Source of the DNA: Candidatus Saccharimonadales bacterium | GTDB taxonomy: Bacteria > Patescibacteriota > Saccharimonadia > Saccharimonadales > DATKHC01 | Reading direction: 5' to 3' | Assembly: GCA_038317055.1 (NCBI GenBank) | Contig: JBBQBA010000002.1 | Coordinates: 6,106-70,105 of the forward strand | DNA: 64,000 nt | Shown here: one piece after another, positions 1 through 9,551 of the stretch | Numbering within the stretch: position 1 is the first letter of the stretch | Layout of the letters: every line of letters starts with the position of its first letter | The notes under the pieces: generated by a model | Told to the model about the DNA's origin: nothing | The model's database searches: none | The model's input: the letters and a program-made list of their open reading frames with translations, nothing else | Translations under genes and position numbers: made by a program

Positions 1-1948
1 TGGTCAAATAGGAATCGCCAGGGAAATAGCTGGTATAAATATTAGTGCATTCAAATCACCAGATTGGTATTTAAAGACAAAAGACTTGAATCTTACAAAA
101 GGCTCTACAAGCTTAGAGGTAAAGAATGAAATCCCAGATCTTGTTACTCGATTTATGGCACAAGTTATTACCGGAATTCAAGTTAAGCCATCTTCACCAA
201 AAATACAATCATATTTAAATCGAGTTGGAATTAGATCTATTAATAATATCGTAGATTTTACTAATTATTTAATGATGCTATCCGCGCAACCTCTTCATGC
301 TTATGATTTAGATAAGTTGAAGAAGCTTGATGGTGGTGAAAAAGCTTCAATAATTGTTCGAAAACCTCATGAAAATGAGGAGTTAGTACTCTTAAACACA
401 AAGTCAATTAAGCTAAACGAAAACGATATAGTTATAGCATCCGGAACTAAAGCAATTGGACTTGGTGGCGTCATGGGTGGAGCAGATGTTGAAGTTGACA
501 CTACTACAAAGAATATAGTGATTGAATGTGCTAACTTTGATATGTATTCAATTCGAAGAACTTCTATGGACCACGGTATATTTTCTGATGCTGTTACAAG
601 ATTTAACAAAGGTCAATCACCACTACAAAATGACAAAATACTGGCTGAAATTGTAAGTGAAATTCTTGAAGATGCTGGTGGCGAAGCCGAAGCACCCATA
701 GATATGCAATCAGTCTTGCCTCAACCGGTCGTAGTATCGGTTAAAACTGAATTTATAAATAAGCGTTTAGGTCTGAAAATTGATGGTGAGAGAATGGCTA
801 ATATGCTTAAAAATGTTGAATTTGAAGTTGAACTGTATGGTAGTGAACTTAAGATAAGAGTACCGTTCTGGCGGACCGATATTCATATAGCTGAAGATGT
901 CGTAGAAGAAATTGGCCGTTTATATGGCTATGATAATTTAGTTCTTGAACTTCCAAAAAGACCGATAAAAGCTGCTACAAAGAATGAAATTATAAGTTTT
1001 AAATCGAACATCAGAGATATATTAGTAAAAGCCGGTGCTAATGAAGTCCTAACTTATAACTTTGTCGGAGATCAATTATTCACAAAAGTAGGTCAAGATA
1101 AAAATTTAGCATATCAAATTGCAAATCCACTAAACCCAGACCTTCAATATTACCGAACTAGCTTACTCCCAAGTCTACTTGAGAAAGTACATCCAAATAT
1201 TAAGGCAGGGTTTGAAGAATTTTGCTTATATGAAATCAACAAAGTTCATCTTAAAAATAATAAAGATAGATTAGAACCTGAATTACCTGCTGAACCTTAT
1301 AGGCTAGCTATGGTCTTTGCCGTTGATGACAAACGCGCAAAGTCAGATTACGCTGGTGCGCCATATTACCAAGTAAGATATTACCTGGATTACCTTTTAT
1401 ATGCGTTAGGAATTAATTATGAACTGAAGCCGATTGAACAAGAGCAAATTACCGATGAAGCTAAACAATTGCTTAAACCTTTTGAACCAATTAGAACAGG
1501 TAATGTCGTAGTTGGTGACGAAATAATTGGCTACGTAGGCGAACCAACTTCTGCAATCCGAACTGCTCTTAAGTTACCTAAGTTTTCGGCAATGATTGAA
1601 CTGGATTTAATAACGTTAATAAATCATTCAAAAGAAATGAATTATTCGAAAATATCTAATTTCCCATTCCTTGAACAAGATGTTTGTTTTAAATTACCGG
1701 TAAATGTTACTTATCTTGAACTTTATAGCTTACTAGAAGTTGAACTTAGTAAGCTAGACCAAAATTTTCATGTTCTGTTGACCCCACTGGATATATTTCA
1801 AAAGGATGATGATAAGGCAAACAAACAGATAACTTATAGATTACATATTAGTTCGTATGAAAAGACACTTAAAACAAGTGAGATTAATGAATTAATAATT
1901 TCACTCGGAGTCGTTGCTAGAGATCGATTTGGAGCTGAAATAATCTAA
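1..1948 (+). CDS. pheT: Phenylalanine--tRNA ligase beta subunit, 5' end outside window
   Basis: The frame is open from position 2 (GQIGIAREIAGINISAF...), so the listed ORF 86..1948 is only the first in-frame TTG. The B3/4-B5-like core (LHAYDLDKL, GVMGG, RVPFWRTDI, EEIGRLYGYDN) and the C-terminal FDX-ACB-like end are typical of PheT. Confidence 0.9.
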   Translation, partial: GQIGIAREIAGINISAFKSPDWYLKTKDLNLTKGSTSLEVKNEIPDLVTRFMAQVITGIQVKPSSPKIQSYLNRVGIRSINNIVDFTNYLMMLSAQPLHAYDLDKLKKLDGGEKASIIVRKPHENEELVLLNTKSIKLNENDIVIASGTKAIGLGGVMGGADVEVDTTTKNIVIECANFDMYSIRRTSMDHGIFSDAVTRFNKGQSPLQNDKILAEIVSEILEDAGGEAEAPIDMQSVLPQPVVVSVKTEFINKRLGLKIDGERMANMLKNVEFEVELYGSELKIRVPFWRTDIHIAEDVVEEIGRLYGYDNLVLELPKRPIKAATKNEIISFKSNIRDILVKAGANEVLTYNFVGDQLFTKVGQDKNLAYQIANPLNPDLQYYRTSLLPSLLEKVHPNIKAGFEEFCLYEINKVHLKNNKDRLEPELPAEPYRLAMVFAVDDKRAKSDYAGAPYYQVRYYLDYLLYALGINYELKPIEQEQITDEAKQLLKPFEPIRTGNVVVGDEIIGYVGEPTSAIRTALKLPKFSAMIELDLITLINHSKEMNYSKISNFPFLEQDVCFKLPVNVTYLELYSLLEVELSKLDQNFHVLLTPLDIFQKDDDKANKQITYRLHISSYEKTLKTSEINELIISLGVVARDRFGAEII

Positions 1949-2235
1949 TCTAGATAACCTTCGTTGCTAATTAAACAAATTATAGAAATTTAGTACTTTA
2001 TAAAGTATTTTGACCTATTGACCAAGCTATTTATATAAACTATACTTTTCAATGCTTTGTGGGGTATTTTATGTCCTCGCAAATGCACATTGACAGGTGC
2101 GAAAGTCATACAATATCCATAAACTCATTTTGTTAAAACAATTATTATTTTTGTATGCTTATGTAGCTATTATTTTGACTTACCCTCTTTACCCTCCTTA
2201 CAACCAAATACAACCATAGAAAAGAGGTGAGCTAG

Positions 2236-2382
2236 TTGAAACCAACTAGTAAGCAAAAAGCCGATATGTGGCACATAACCAATGACAAGAAAGTAAAGTG
2301 CGGCCATTGTGGTGCAACAAGTTATATAGGTGGAAACACCAAAGATGGCTGGGTTTGCTGCCACTGCGGCAGAAGACACTAA
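2236..2382 (+). CDS. Small zinc-ribbon protein (48 aa), absent from the ORF track
   Basis: Hand translation gives MKPTSKQKADMWHITNDKKVKCGHCGATSYIGGNTKDGWVCCHCGRRH. The TTG start at 2236 follows an in-frame TAG, with Shine-Dalgarno AAAGAGGTGA at 2221-2230 and a 5-nt spacer. ATG 2266 is an alternative start. There are two CxxC pairs, and a terminator lies directly downstream. Confidence 0.45.
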   Translation: MKPTSKQKADMWHITNDKKVKCGHCGATSYIGGNTKDGWVCCHCGRRH

Positions 2383-2417
2383 TGAATTAAAGATACACGG
2401 AGACGATTGCACCTGTC

Positions 2418-2465
2418 CGTCTCCCAAAGTACACACAAATCTATGTTTTTTGGGAGACGTTTTTT
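2418..2465 (+). terminator. Intrinsic terminator with a competing upstream hairpin
   Basis: CGTCTCCCAAA (2418-2428) pairs with TTTGGGAGACG (2449-2459) in an 11-bp stem with a 20-nt loop, followed by T6 (2460-2465). GGAGACG (2399-2405) can instead pair with 2418-2424. Confidence 0.5.
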
Positions 2466-2504
2466 GTAAAAATAATAAACGCAAGTTATACTACGAGGAC
2501 TTAT

Positions 2505-3056
2505 ATGGCTACAACAAAACTTAGAGACAGAGCGTTTGCATTATCTTTAGCAATTTTATTTGCTTTTACTGCACTTGCAACTTCGGTTGCAGTTATAGTG
2601 TCTATAGTCTCGAGTAATAACGCAGCTAAGAAAACCGCCACCGCTACTAAAACTTCTACTGCACAAAAATGTACTACTAATTGTTTAGCAGGCAAGCCAC
2701 TTGCCGGATTCACTCCAGTAGATAACGTGCCTACGCTTCAAATTATTGATACTAAAGTTGGTACAGGTGCAGTCGCAAAATCTAACTCTACCGTTAGCGT
2801 TCTATATACCGGAGCAGTCGCAAGTACCGGAATAGTGTTCCAGAGTTCTCTTGATAGCGGGCCACAACCGGTTTCTATTCCATTAGGTCAAGTTATACCT
2901 GGCTGGCAGCAAGGTATTCCTGGTATGAAAATTGGTGGCGTGAGACGACTAGTTATTCCAGCATCACTTGCTTATGGTGCAAACCCTCCAGCAGGTTCTG
3001 GAATTCCAGCAAACGCACCATTAGTTTTTGATATTACTCTCTTGAGCGTTAAGTAA
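2505..3056 (+). CDS. Membrane-anchored FKBP-type peptidyl-prolyl cis-trans isomerase
   Basis: An N-terminal hydrophobic helix and Ala/Thr linker precede an FKBP core (VSVLYTG...F.SS, GQVIPGWQQGIPGMKIGGVRRLVIPASLAYG, LVFDITLLSV). A GAGGA Shine-Dalgarno lies upstream. Confidence 0.85.
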   Translation: MATTKLRDRAFALSLAILFAFTALATSVAVIVSIVSSNNAAKKTATATKTSTAQKCTTNCLAGKPLAGFTPVDNVPTLQIIDTKVGTGAVAKSNSTVSVLYTGAVASTGIVFQSSLDSGPQPVSIPLGQVIPGWQQGIPGMKIGGVRRLVIPASLAYGANPPAGSGIPANAPLVFDITLLSVK

Positions 3057-3168
3057 GAATAGCGTAAATTAGCAGCAAAAAACACAACATCTGGTGGTAT
3101 TGCATATATACCTAACACCACATATACTTAAGTAACAACACAACAAATAACATAAATCGGAGCCAAAA

Positions 3169-3417
3169 ATGGTCAAAAATATAACTATATTTACTACTAA
3201 CACCTGTGCATATTGCGGCATGGTCAAAAAGTATCTTAAAGTAAAGGGTGTAACCTACGATGAAGTCAATCTTGACGAAAAACCGGAACGTCAAGCTGAA
3301 GCTTTTGAATTGAGCGGGCAATTAACAGTTCCCGTTACGGTCGTAACCAAAGTTGATGATTCTAGAGAGATTGTAGTTGGTTATAATTTACAGAAACTAG
3401 CTCCAGCTCTTATTTAA
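3169..3417 (+). CDS. Glutaredoxin-like (NrdH/YruB-type) small redox protein
   Basis: 82 aa with a CAYC active-site motif after the first beta strand (ITIFTTNTCAYCGMVKKYL) and TVPV later. The gene ends 1 nt before trxB. Confidence 0.8.
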   Translation: MVKNITIFTTNTCAYCGMVKKYLKVKGVTYDEVNLDEKPERQAEAFELSGQLTVPVTVVTKVDDSREIVVGYNLQKLAPALI

Positions 3418-3418
3418 T

Positions 3419-4414
3419 ATGAGTGATGTGCCTAGTGGCGAGATCCACGATCTCTTAATAATTGGAGCTGGTCCTGCAGCTCTCTCTGCTGCCGTATATA
3501 CTACTAGGGAGGATATCGATACGGTTTTATATGAAAAGGGCGCAATAGGCGGCCTTGCTGCGGTTACGGACCTTATAGATAACTACCCGGGCTTTGATAA
3601 AGGAGTAACTGGATTAGATCTTTCAGATGATCTAAGACGTCATGCTGAAAGATTTGGTGCAGATATTAGATTAGGTGAAGTTAATTCCCTAAAAGATGAA
3701 GGTCTATATAAACATCTTGTAACTACCGATGGTGATATATATGCAAAAACTGTTTTAATATCCACAGGAAGTGATTATAAAAAGTTAGGTATTCCTGGCG
3801 AACAGGAGTTTTATGCGAGAGGAGTACATTCTTGTGCCACTTGTGACGGGGCTTTTTATAGAGACAAAAAACTAGTTGTGGTCGGAGGTGGAAATTCAGC
3901 CGTTCAAGACGGAATGTTTCTAACTAAGTTTGCAACTCATATAGATATGCTCGTTCGAAGTGATAAGCTACGTGCCTCAGATATTTTACAAAAGGAACTT
4001 GCTAAAAACGACAAAATTACTGTCCACTTTAATACTACAACTGATGAAATTATTGGCGAGAATAATAAAGTTACAAAAGTTATTGGTACAGATAAAGCTT
4101 CCTCTAAAAAAGTTGAATTTATTACCGATGGAGTATTTGTATTAATTGGTTTAAATCCTAACACTCAATTTTTAAATGGAAGTAATGTTGGATTAAGTGA
4201 AATTGGAGCGATTACTACAAGCATCAATCTAGAAACTAACATTCCTGGTGTTTTTTGTGCTGGAGACGTAAGAGATGGTGCAACGCTTCAAATTGCTAGT
4301 GCAGTAGGTGAAGGTGCTAAGGCTGCTATGATGATAAGAGAATATTTAGACTCTCATAAAAATGAGTATCCAGAAAAAATTGGTACACCAGCAAGTGAAG
4401 CTTTAACTTCTTAA
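3419..4414 (+). CDS. trxB: Thioredoxin-disulfide reductase
   Basis: FAD motif LLIIGAGPAALSAAVY, redox-active CATCDG, NADPH motif VVVGGGNSAVQDG, and C-terminal GVFCAGDV. Confidence 0.9.
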   Translation: MSDVPSGEIHDLLIIGAGPAALSAAVYTTREDIDTVLYEKGAIGGLAAVTDLIDNYPGFDKGVTGLDLSDDLRRHAERFGADIRLGEVNSLKDEGLYKHLVTTDGDIYAKTVLISTGSDYKKLGIPGEQEFYARGVHSCATCDGAFYRDKKLVVVGGGNSAVQDGMFLTKFATHIDMLVRSDKLRASDILQKELAKNDKITVHFNTTTDEIIGENNKVTKVIGTDKASSKKVEFITDGVFVLIGLNPNTQFLNGSNVGLSEIGAITTSINLETNIPGVFCAGDVRDGATLQIASAVGEGAKAAMMIREYLDSHKNEYPEKIGTPASEALTS

Positions 4415-4479
4415 TAAAATTATATTAGCATTTTGAAAAAAACACCACTTATGTTATAATTTAACTAATAAATAAGTAT

Positions 4480-4504
4480 GCGCTTGTTTTAAAGGCGCTT
4501 TTTT
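4480..4504 (+). terminator. Hairpin plus T-tract between trxB and typA
   Basis: GCGCTT (4480-4485) pairs with AAGGCGC (4493-4498, one G-U pair) around a 7-nt loop, followed by T6 (4499-4504). It lies downstream of a TTGAAA-16-TATAAT promoter-like match (4433-4460), so it could be the trxB terminator or a typA leader element. Confidence 0.4.
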
Positions 4505-4513
4505 AATTTCATT

Positions 4514-6349
4514 ATGACAAGAACACTTCAAGACCCCACCAAGATTAGAAACATAGCAATTATTGCTCACGTTGATCACGGCAAGACAACTCTTGTTGAT
4601 GGTCTATTAAAACAGTCCCAAACCTTTCGAGATAATCAAGCTGAAATGACACAAGATTTGATTATGGATAGTGGTGATCAAGAACGAGAACGAGGCATTA
4701 CAATTACTGCTAAAGTAACAGCAGTTCAGCACGGTGATTACCGAATAAACATTATCGATACTCCTGGACATGCAGATTTCTCTGGTGAAGTTGAACGAAC
4801 CTTAAATATGGCTGACGGTTGTATTTTGGTTGTTGATGCTCAAGAAGGACCAATGCCTCAAACTAAATTTGTCTTATCAAAAGCGCTTGTTAATAACTTA
4901 AAACCAATAGTTATTATAAATAAGGTAGATAAAGATGCTCGTCGTATCGATGAGGTTGAAGACGAACTTGCAGATTTATTCTTAGAACTAGCGGTGCATG
5001 AAGATCAACTACATTACCCAGTATATTACGCAGTTGGACGAAGCGGTAAAGCCTGGGAAAAACCACCTATAAGTCCTGATGATGATGGTGATCTAGAGGT
5101 TATTTTTAATGCAATAATCGAAAAAACCCCGGCTCCGGATGTAGAATTAGATAATCCATTTCAAATGCTGGTTACTGCGTTATCGTGGGATAGTTTCAAG
5201 GGTAAATATGCAATAGGAAGAATTAATCAGGGCCGAGTTAAAACTGGCGATCAAGTTACACTTTGTAAAAAAGACGGTACATTCGCAAAAGCAAAGATAG
5301 ATAATATATTTATGAGTCACGGTCTCGCAAAGTCAGAGATAGAAGAGGGTGTAGCGGGTGATATAGTTCAACTTACTGGTGTCAGTGATGCTAAAATAGG
5401 CGAGACTATTGCTGACGCCGACAATCCTGAAGCACTACCAGTAATTGAAATCGAAGCTCCAACGCTCCAAATATTTTTAGGACCTAACACTTCACCATTT
5501 AAGGGAAAAGAAGGCGATTTAACTACAAGCCGGCAAATTGGCGAGAGACTAACTAAGGAGCTAGAAACAAATGTTGGCCTTAAAGTACAAGATGAAGGAA
5601 TTGGATTCTTAGTGTCTGGTCGTGGTGAACTTCATCTAAGTGTATTAATCGAGACTATGCGTCGAGAAGGCTATGAATTTGAAGTTGGCCGACCCCAAGT
5701 TGTTACAAGAGAAGAGAATGGTAAGACTATGGAACCTGTGGAAGAGTTAATTATTGAAGTTACACCTGAACATGTTGGTGCAGTCCAAATGGAACTTGGT
5801 GCAAGACGGGCAAATCTTCAGGAGCAATTTACGAACTCAAGGGGAGTAACTAAACTTGTCTATAAGATACCAACTCGAGCGCTACTTGGAGTAAGAAATA
5901 TTTTGATGACAGCTACAAAGGGTACTGTTATCATGAACTCATTAATTATTGGATATGAAGAACTTGGTGATTCCCTAAAACAACTTCGAAATGGTGTTCT
6001 TATTGCTTTTGAGAGAGGTATTACAACTCCATACGCATTAGAAAATGCAGAAAAAAGAGGTGTAAGTTTTGTAGGACCAGCAGTTGAGGTCTATGCTGGA
6101 CAAATAGTTGGTCTAAATAGCCGACAAGAGGATATGGAAATAAATGTCTGTAAGGCAAAACACTTAACTAACATGCGAAGTAGTTCAAGTGATGGCACAG
6201 TTCAACTTACGCCGCCTACAATATTTAGTCTAGAAGAAAATATAGATTTCATAGAAAAAGACGAGCTACTAGAAGTTACTCCAAAATCACTTAGACTTCG
6301 TAAACGTGAACTAGATCCAACTAAACGAAAAAGACAAATTACTCTTTAA
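4514..6349 (+). CDS. typA: Translational GTPase TypA/BipA
   Basis: IRNIAIIAHVDHGKTTLVD, DTPGHADF and NKVD G-motifs with full-length TypA architecture (611 aa). Confidence 0.95.
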   Translation: MTRTLQDPTKIRNIAIIAHVDHGKTTLVDGLLKQSQTFRDNQAEMTQDLIMDSGDQERERGITITAKVTAVQHGDYRINIIDTPGHADFSGEVERTLNMADGCILVVDAQEGPMPQTKFVLSKALVNNLKPIVIINKVDKDARRIDEVEDELADLFLELAVHEDQLHYPVYYAVGRSGKAWEKPPISPDDDGDLEVIFNAIIEKTPAPDVELDNPFQMLVTALSWDSFKGKYAIGRINQGRVKTGDQVTLCKKDGTFAKAKIDNIFMSHGLAKSEIEEGVAGDIVQLTGVSDAKIGETIADADNPEALPVIEIEAPTLQIFLGPNTSPFKGKEGDLTTSRQIGERLTKELETNVGLKVQDEGIGFLVSGRGELHLSVLIETMRREGYEFEVGRPQVVTREENGKTMEPVEELIIEVTPEHVGAVQMELGARRANLQEQFTNSRGVTKLVYKIPTRALLGVRNILMTATKGTVIMNSLIIGYEELGDSLKQLRNGVLIAFERGITTPYALENAEKRGVSFVGPAVEVYAGQIVGLNSRQEDMEINVCKAKHLTNMRSSSSDGTVQLTPPTIFSLEENIDFIEKDELLEVTPKSLRLRKRELDPTKRKRQITL

Positions 6350-6590
6350 TACTTGATCGTTTAGATGGTTTTGGGCTAGTTACTCCCACAGTAATTAAAA
6401 AAGTTAATACTACTATTATGACAACTAACTCAAATTCCCATACATATTGGGGGTTTAAGTAGGTTAAAAGCATTAAACTAACAAGAACCAGTACAAATAG
6501 GAAACTAGCAAAAAAACCTTGCCAAATAACCGGCCGAACTCCCCATCTAGTTTTTTTGTCAAACCAGGGTTCTTTTGAGAGCATATTCAT
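6339..6590 (-). CDS. Small membrane protein, hypothetical
   Basis: I shortened the listed ORF 6339..6647 to the ATG at 6590, 2 nt after the stop of the upstream gene. There are two predicted hydrophobic helices. The gene converges on and overlaps the typA stop by 11 nt. Confidence 0.5.
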   Translation of the reverse strand: MNMLSKEPWFDKKTRWGVRPVIWQGFFASFLFVLVLVSLMLLTYLNPQYVWEFELVVIIVVLTFLITVGVTSPKPSKRSSIKE

Positions 6591-6592
6591 TT

Positions 6593-6988
6593 TTAATTTT
6601 TTATTTCTGGATATTTGTCTGGGTGTTGTTCTAGGTAGTAAACCCATTCATTTGTCGCAGGGATATCTACTTCATCTATAAATATACCCTCATTAAACGA
6701 ACCGCTTTTTTCGCGTTTTGCGTCTTGTGCTGCAGCAAGTTCTTCTTTAGTAATTCCGCACGCATAAAGAAGTGAATCAATAACTTCCTGTAAGTCAACT
6801 AAACTATCTAAGGGCTTGCCTTTTTCAATTCTTAGTTCTTCGACTTCTTCGTCGATTTTTTTAATTAATTCATTTTTCAGTTCTTCTATACTCAATTTTC
6901 TAGTAACTGCTTGTTCACCAGCAGCTTGCATTGAACTTAGGATTTTATCCCTAACTAACTTACTGTATTTAAACTTTCTCATTTCCAT
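6593..6988 (-). CDS. MazG-like all-alpha NTP pyrophosphohydrolase family protein
   Basis: The N-terminal YSKLVRDKI signature and EE..E acidic helices (DEEVEELRIE, LVDLQEVIDSL) are typical of the phosphoribosyl-ATP pyrophosphohydrolase-like/MazG superfamily. Confidence 0.6.
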   Translation of the reverse strand: MEMRKFKYSKLVRDKILSSMQAAGEQAVTRKLSIEELKNELIKKIDEEVEELRIEKGKPLDSLVDLQEVIDSLLYACGITKEELAAAQDAKREKSGSFNEGIFIDEVDIPATNEWVYYLEQHPDKYPEIKN

Positions 6989-7058
6989 GTTTTTTAATTC
7001 TACCAGATTACTAGTTCTATAAGGTAATAGATTACTTAGTCACTGAAGATAGTTGTAT

Positions 7059-8084
7059 TTAAGCAGTTGCTAGTTTTTTCTTTTTTCTAATATGAAAGTC
7101 TGCTAAAGCTGTTTTACGAAGATGACGATACATTATGTAGCCCGGAATAATTGGTAACCAATAACTAATTAATCTGTAAATAAGAACCGTTACTAAAGAC
7201 AAATCTGCATCCAGACCAAAGAATACTAGTCCACCATATAAACCAGCTTCAGCTCCACCTAGACCCCCTGGGGTTGGAACTAAGCTACCGACTATATTTC
7301 CCAAAGTATATGACAGTATGGCCTCAGAATAAGTTAAATCCAATCCAACCGACCGACCACACAAATAAAGTGTCGTAATTCCAGTTAGAGAACCTAATCC
7401 ATTAAAGATAATACCGCCAAATACTTTGAGAGGGCTATTTTTATAATCTTTAAAGTTAGTCCAGAATTCTTTTCCGGTTTTTTTAATACGATCTATAAAT
7501 CTTTTTGAGTGAATAAGGTACCAAAAGATAAAACCTATAATTAGGATCACTATTGCAATCATTGACCAACGAATATTGTGAGATTTAGTTGATATGTTGG
7601 TGAGTGAACTAAGGTTACTTAAAAGTGCGAATCCAATGATAAATACAAATGCAATACTACTAGTAGTTGCATTAAGCGCCATAGTTGATCCAGCCGTAGT
7701 AACGCTCTTTGTTTCTCTAGATAGGTAGTATGTATTAACGGTTAACGAGCCTATGCTCATCGGTAAAAGCTTACTAATAAATGCGGATGCGGTTTCAACT
7801 TGTAGAGTAAGCCAATATTTAAGTTTCACAGGTGTAATAACACAGTATTTCCAGGCTAGTATTGGAAATCCAATAATAAAAACAATCACAGCCAAGAGCA
7901 GTATCACTTTATTTGCAGATTCTGCCGCGTGAAGACTATCTTTGAGGTTTGAAAGCTGCGGAATAAATACCCATAAAACAAGTCCAATAACTACAATTGT
8001 TATTAGGAAAGTTGAGTTAACTACGAAAAACTTCTTCATTCGACCGCGGTTAAAATATTTAGAATTTTCATTCTTATCAGACAT
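7059..8084 (-). CDS. UPF0104 / lysyl-phosphatidylglycerol-synthase-TM-like (flippase-like) membrane protein
   Basis: About 8 hydrophobic segments, a basic N-terminus, and the conserved C-terminal PTPGGLGGAEAGLYGGLVFFG motif of the family. Confidence 0.7.
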   Translation of the reverse strand: MSDKNENSKYFNRGRMKKFFVVNSTFLITIVVIGLVLWVFIPQLSNLKDSLHAAESANKVILLLAVIVFIIGFPILAWKYCVITPVKLKYWLTLQVETASAFISKLLPMSIGSLTVNTYYLSRETKSVTTAGSTMALNATTSSIAFVFIIGFALLSNLSSLTNISTKSHNIRWSMIAIVILIIGFIFWYLIHSKRFIDRIKKTGKEFWTNFKDYKNSPLKVFGGIIFNGLGSLTGITTLYLCGRSVGLDLTYSEAILSYTLGNIVGSLVPTPGGLGGAEAGLYGGLVFFGLDADLSLVTVLIYRLISYWLPIIPGYIMYRHLRKTALADFHIRKKKKLATA

Positions 8085-8116
8085 CTACAAGTAAGTGTAT
8101 ATTAGAGTTCCAAAAA

Positions 8117-8794
8117 TTATAAGGAATTATATCCTGGAAAGTAATCCATTATAACCTGGTTATTACCATAATCCTTAGTTATGTCGTCTACTATACGTTC
8201 GACCATAATTTGAGGTCCAGAAATAAAAAACAAAGACAATGGACTAGCTCCATCTTGAAATTTATTGGCTACCCAATCACTACTTGGACTATTCTCAGTT
8301 GTGATAGGTTTGTAATCAAGTTTATAATACTTGAATATTTCTTCAAAAATAAAATCATAGTCATTCTTAACTATATAATTCAATGTTATTTCACGTTGCT
8401 CATTTTTATCGCTCAACCATTTGATAATACTCCGAACCGGCGTTATACCTATTCCGCCACTAATGAAAACTAATGGTATGGATTTATCTATAGGAAGCAC
8501 AAAATCACCAATTGGCTCAGACATTAATACTTCATCGCCAGCTTTTAGATTTATTAACCTGTCCTTAAATTGGCTTAGTGGTTTATTAAGTTTAGTAGTT
8601 ATCATTAAATGAGACTCGGAAGGTGATGATGACAATGTAAACCATCGATTATCGCCGATAGATGAGTTGTGTTCATCGGGGAATGTTAATTCTATATATT
8701 GACCAGCCAAATAATCAAATTCTGGTTCGGGTGTAAAATATAAACTTACAATATTTGGTGTTATAAATTCATTGTGAGAAAAAACTGATTTCAT
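8117..8794 (-). CDS. Ferredoxin-NADP reductase-like FAD/NAD(P)-binding oxidoreductase
   Basis: RWFTLSSSP (RxY[ST]-type FAD motif), the GDEV..PIGDF barrel end, and the FISGGIGITPVRSI NAD(P) motif. Confidence 0.75.
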   Translation of the reverse strand: MKSVFSHNEFITPNIVSLYFTPEPEFDYLAGQYIELTFPDEHNSSIGDNRWFTLSSSPSESHLMITTKLNKPLSQFKDRLINLKAGDEVLMSEPIGDFVLPIDKSIPLVFISGGIGITPVRSIIKWLSDKNEQREITLNYIVKNDYDFIFEEIFKYYKLDYKPITTENSPSSDWVANKFQDGASPLSLFFISGPQIMVERIVDDITKDYGNNQVIMDYFPGYNSL

Positions 8795-8800
8795 AAAAAA

Positions 8801-9487
8801 CTATTTAATATCATTTATCAGCTGTACAAGTTTTTGAGGGCTGTCTGTAGTAAGCTCTATATCTGGATAATATTTAAGATAATGTCTTGCAAGTCGCTCT
8901 GAATTAATGGAATAAAGTATAATTTTTAATTTCTCACGCTTAGCTGCTCGATATACATATTTATTCATACCAAGATAATGGATGTCGATACCCTGAAAGC
9001 CGTTTTTTTTGGCTGTTTTTATAGCGCTTAGCCCTCTAAATATCTCAACTAAATAACAATCAATGTTCATAGATAATTCACGAAATTTTTTTAATTCTTT
9101 TTCATTAAAAGATATAACCGTTGGTGGATTACTGAATCTAAATTTTTGAAGTTCTTTAGTTAGTAGTTTTGCCCAATTGCCGCCTTTACCTTCAATATAT
9201 AAAGGCATATCTCCAGCCGAAGAAATTATCTCAGCTAAAGTTGGTATTAATGCACCATTTTTAAGCTGTACTTTTCTTAACTCACTAAGATTTAGTGACT
9301 CAACTGGTTTATTAATTCCCGCTAGGCGTTTTAAATCGAAATCATGAAAGACCACTAATTTGCCGTCTTTTGATATGTGAATATCAACTTCAGCAGCAAT
9401 AACTTTTAAAGCCCTAGATTGCTCAATTGCTTCAATACTATTTTCCGGTGCTAATTTAGCACCTCCACGATGACTAATAATTTTCAT
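8801..9487 (-). CDS. Glycerophosphodiester phosphodiesterase family protein
   Basis: IISHRGG..APENSIEAI, EVDIHISKDGKLVVFHDFDLKR. Confidence 0.85.
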   Translation of the reverse strand: MKIISHRGGAKLAPENSIEAIEQSRALKVIAAEVDIHISKDGKLVVFHDFDLKRLAGINKPVESLNLSELRKVQLKNGALIPTLAEIISSAGDMPLYIEGKGGNWAKLLTKELQKFRFSNPPTVISFNEKELKKFRELSMNIDCYLVEIFRGLSAIKTAKKNGFQGIDIHYLGMNKYVYRAAKREKLKIILYSINSERLARHYLKYYPDIELTTDSPQKLVQLINDIK

Positions 9488-9551
9488 AAGTAACTAGGTT
9501 CTAGTGTACAATAATCTTGAAATAATATATCTGTAAATTTCGGAGATAAGA

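Noticed and set aside
2170-2524. Track ORFs 2170..2484 (-) and 2330..2524 (+) in the pheT-FKBP gap.
   Set aside because: Neither has a Shine-Dalgarno or a recognisable product, and they overlap each other. The shorter + strand zinc-ribbon ORF, with a strong Shine-Dalgarno and a downstream terminator, explains the region better.
6339-6647. The full-length 102-aa version of the small membrane ORF, overlapping the MazG-like gene by 55 nt.
   Set aside because: An internal ATG at 6590, 2 nt after the upstream stop, gives a compact non-overlapping arrangement. The extra N-terminal 19 residues are encoded within the neighbouring gene's 3' end.
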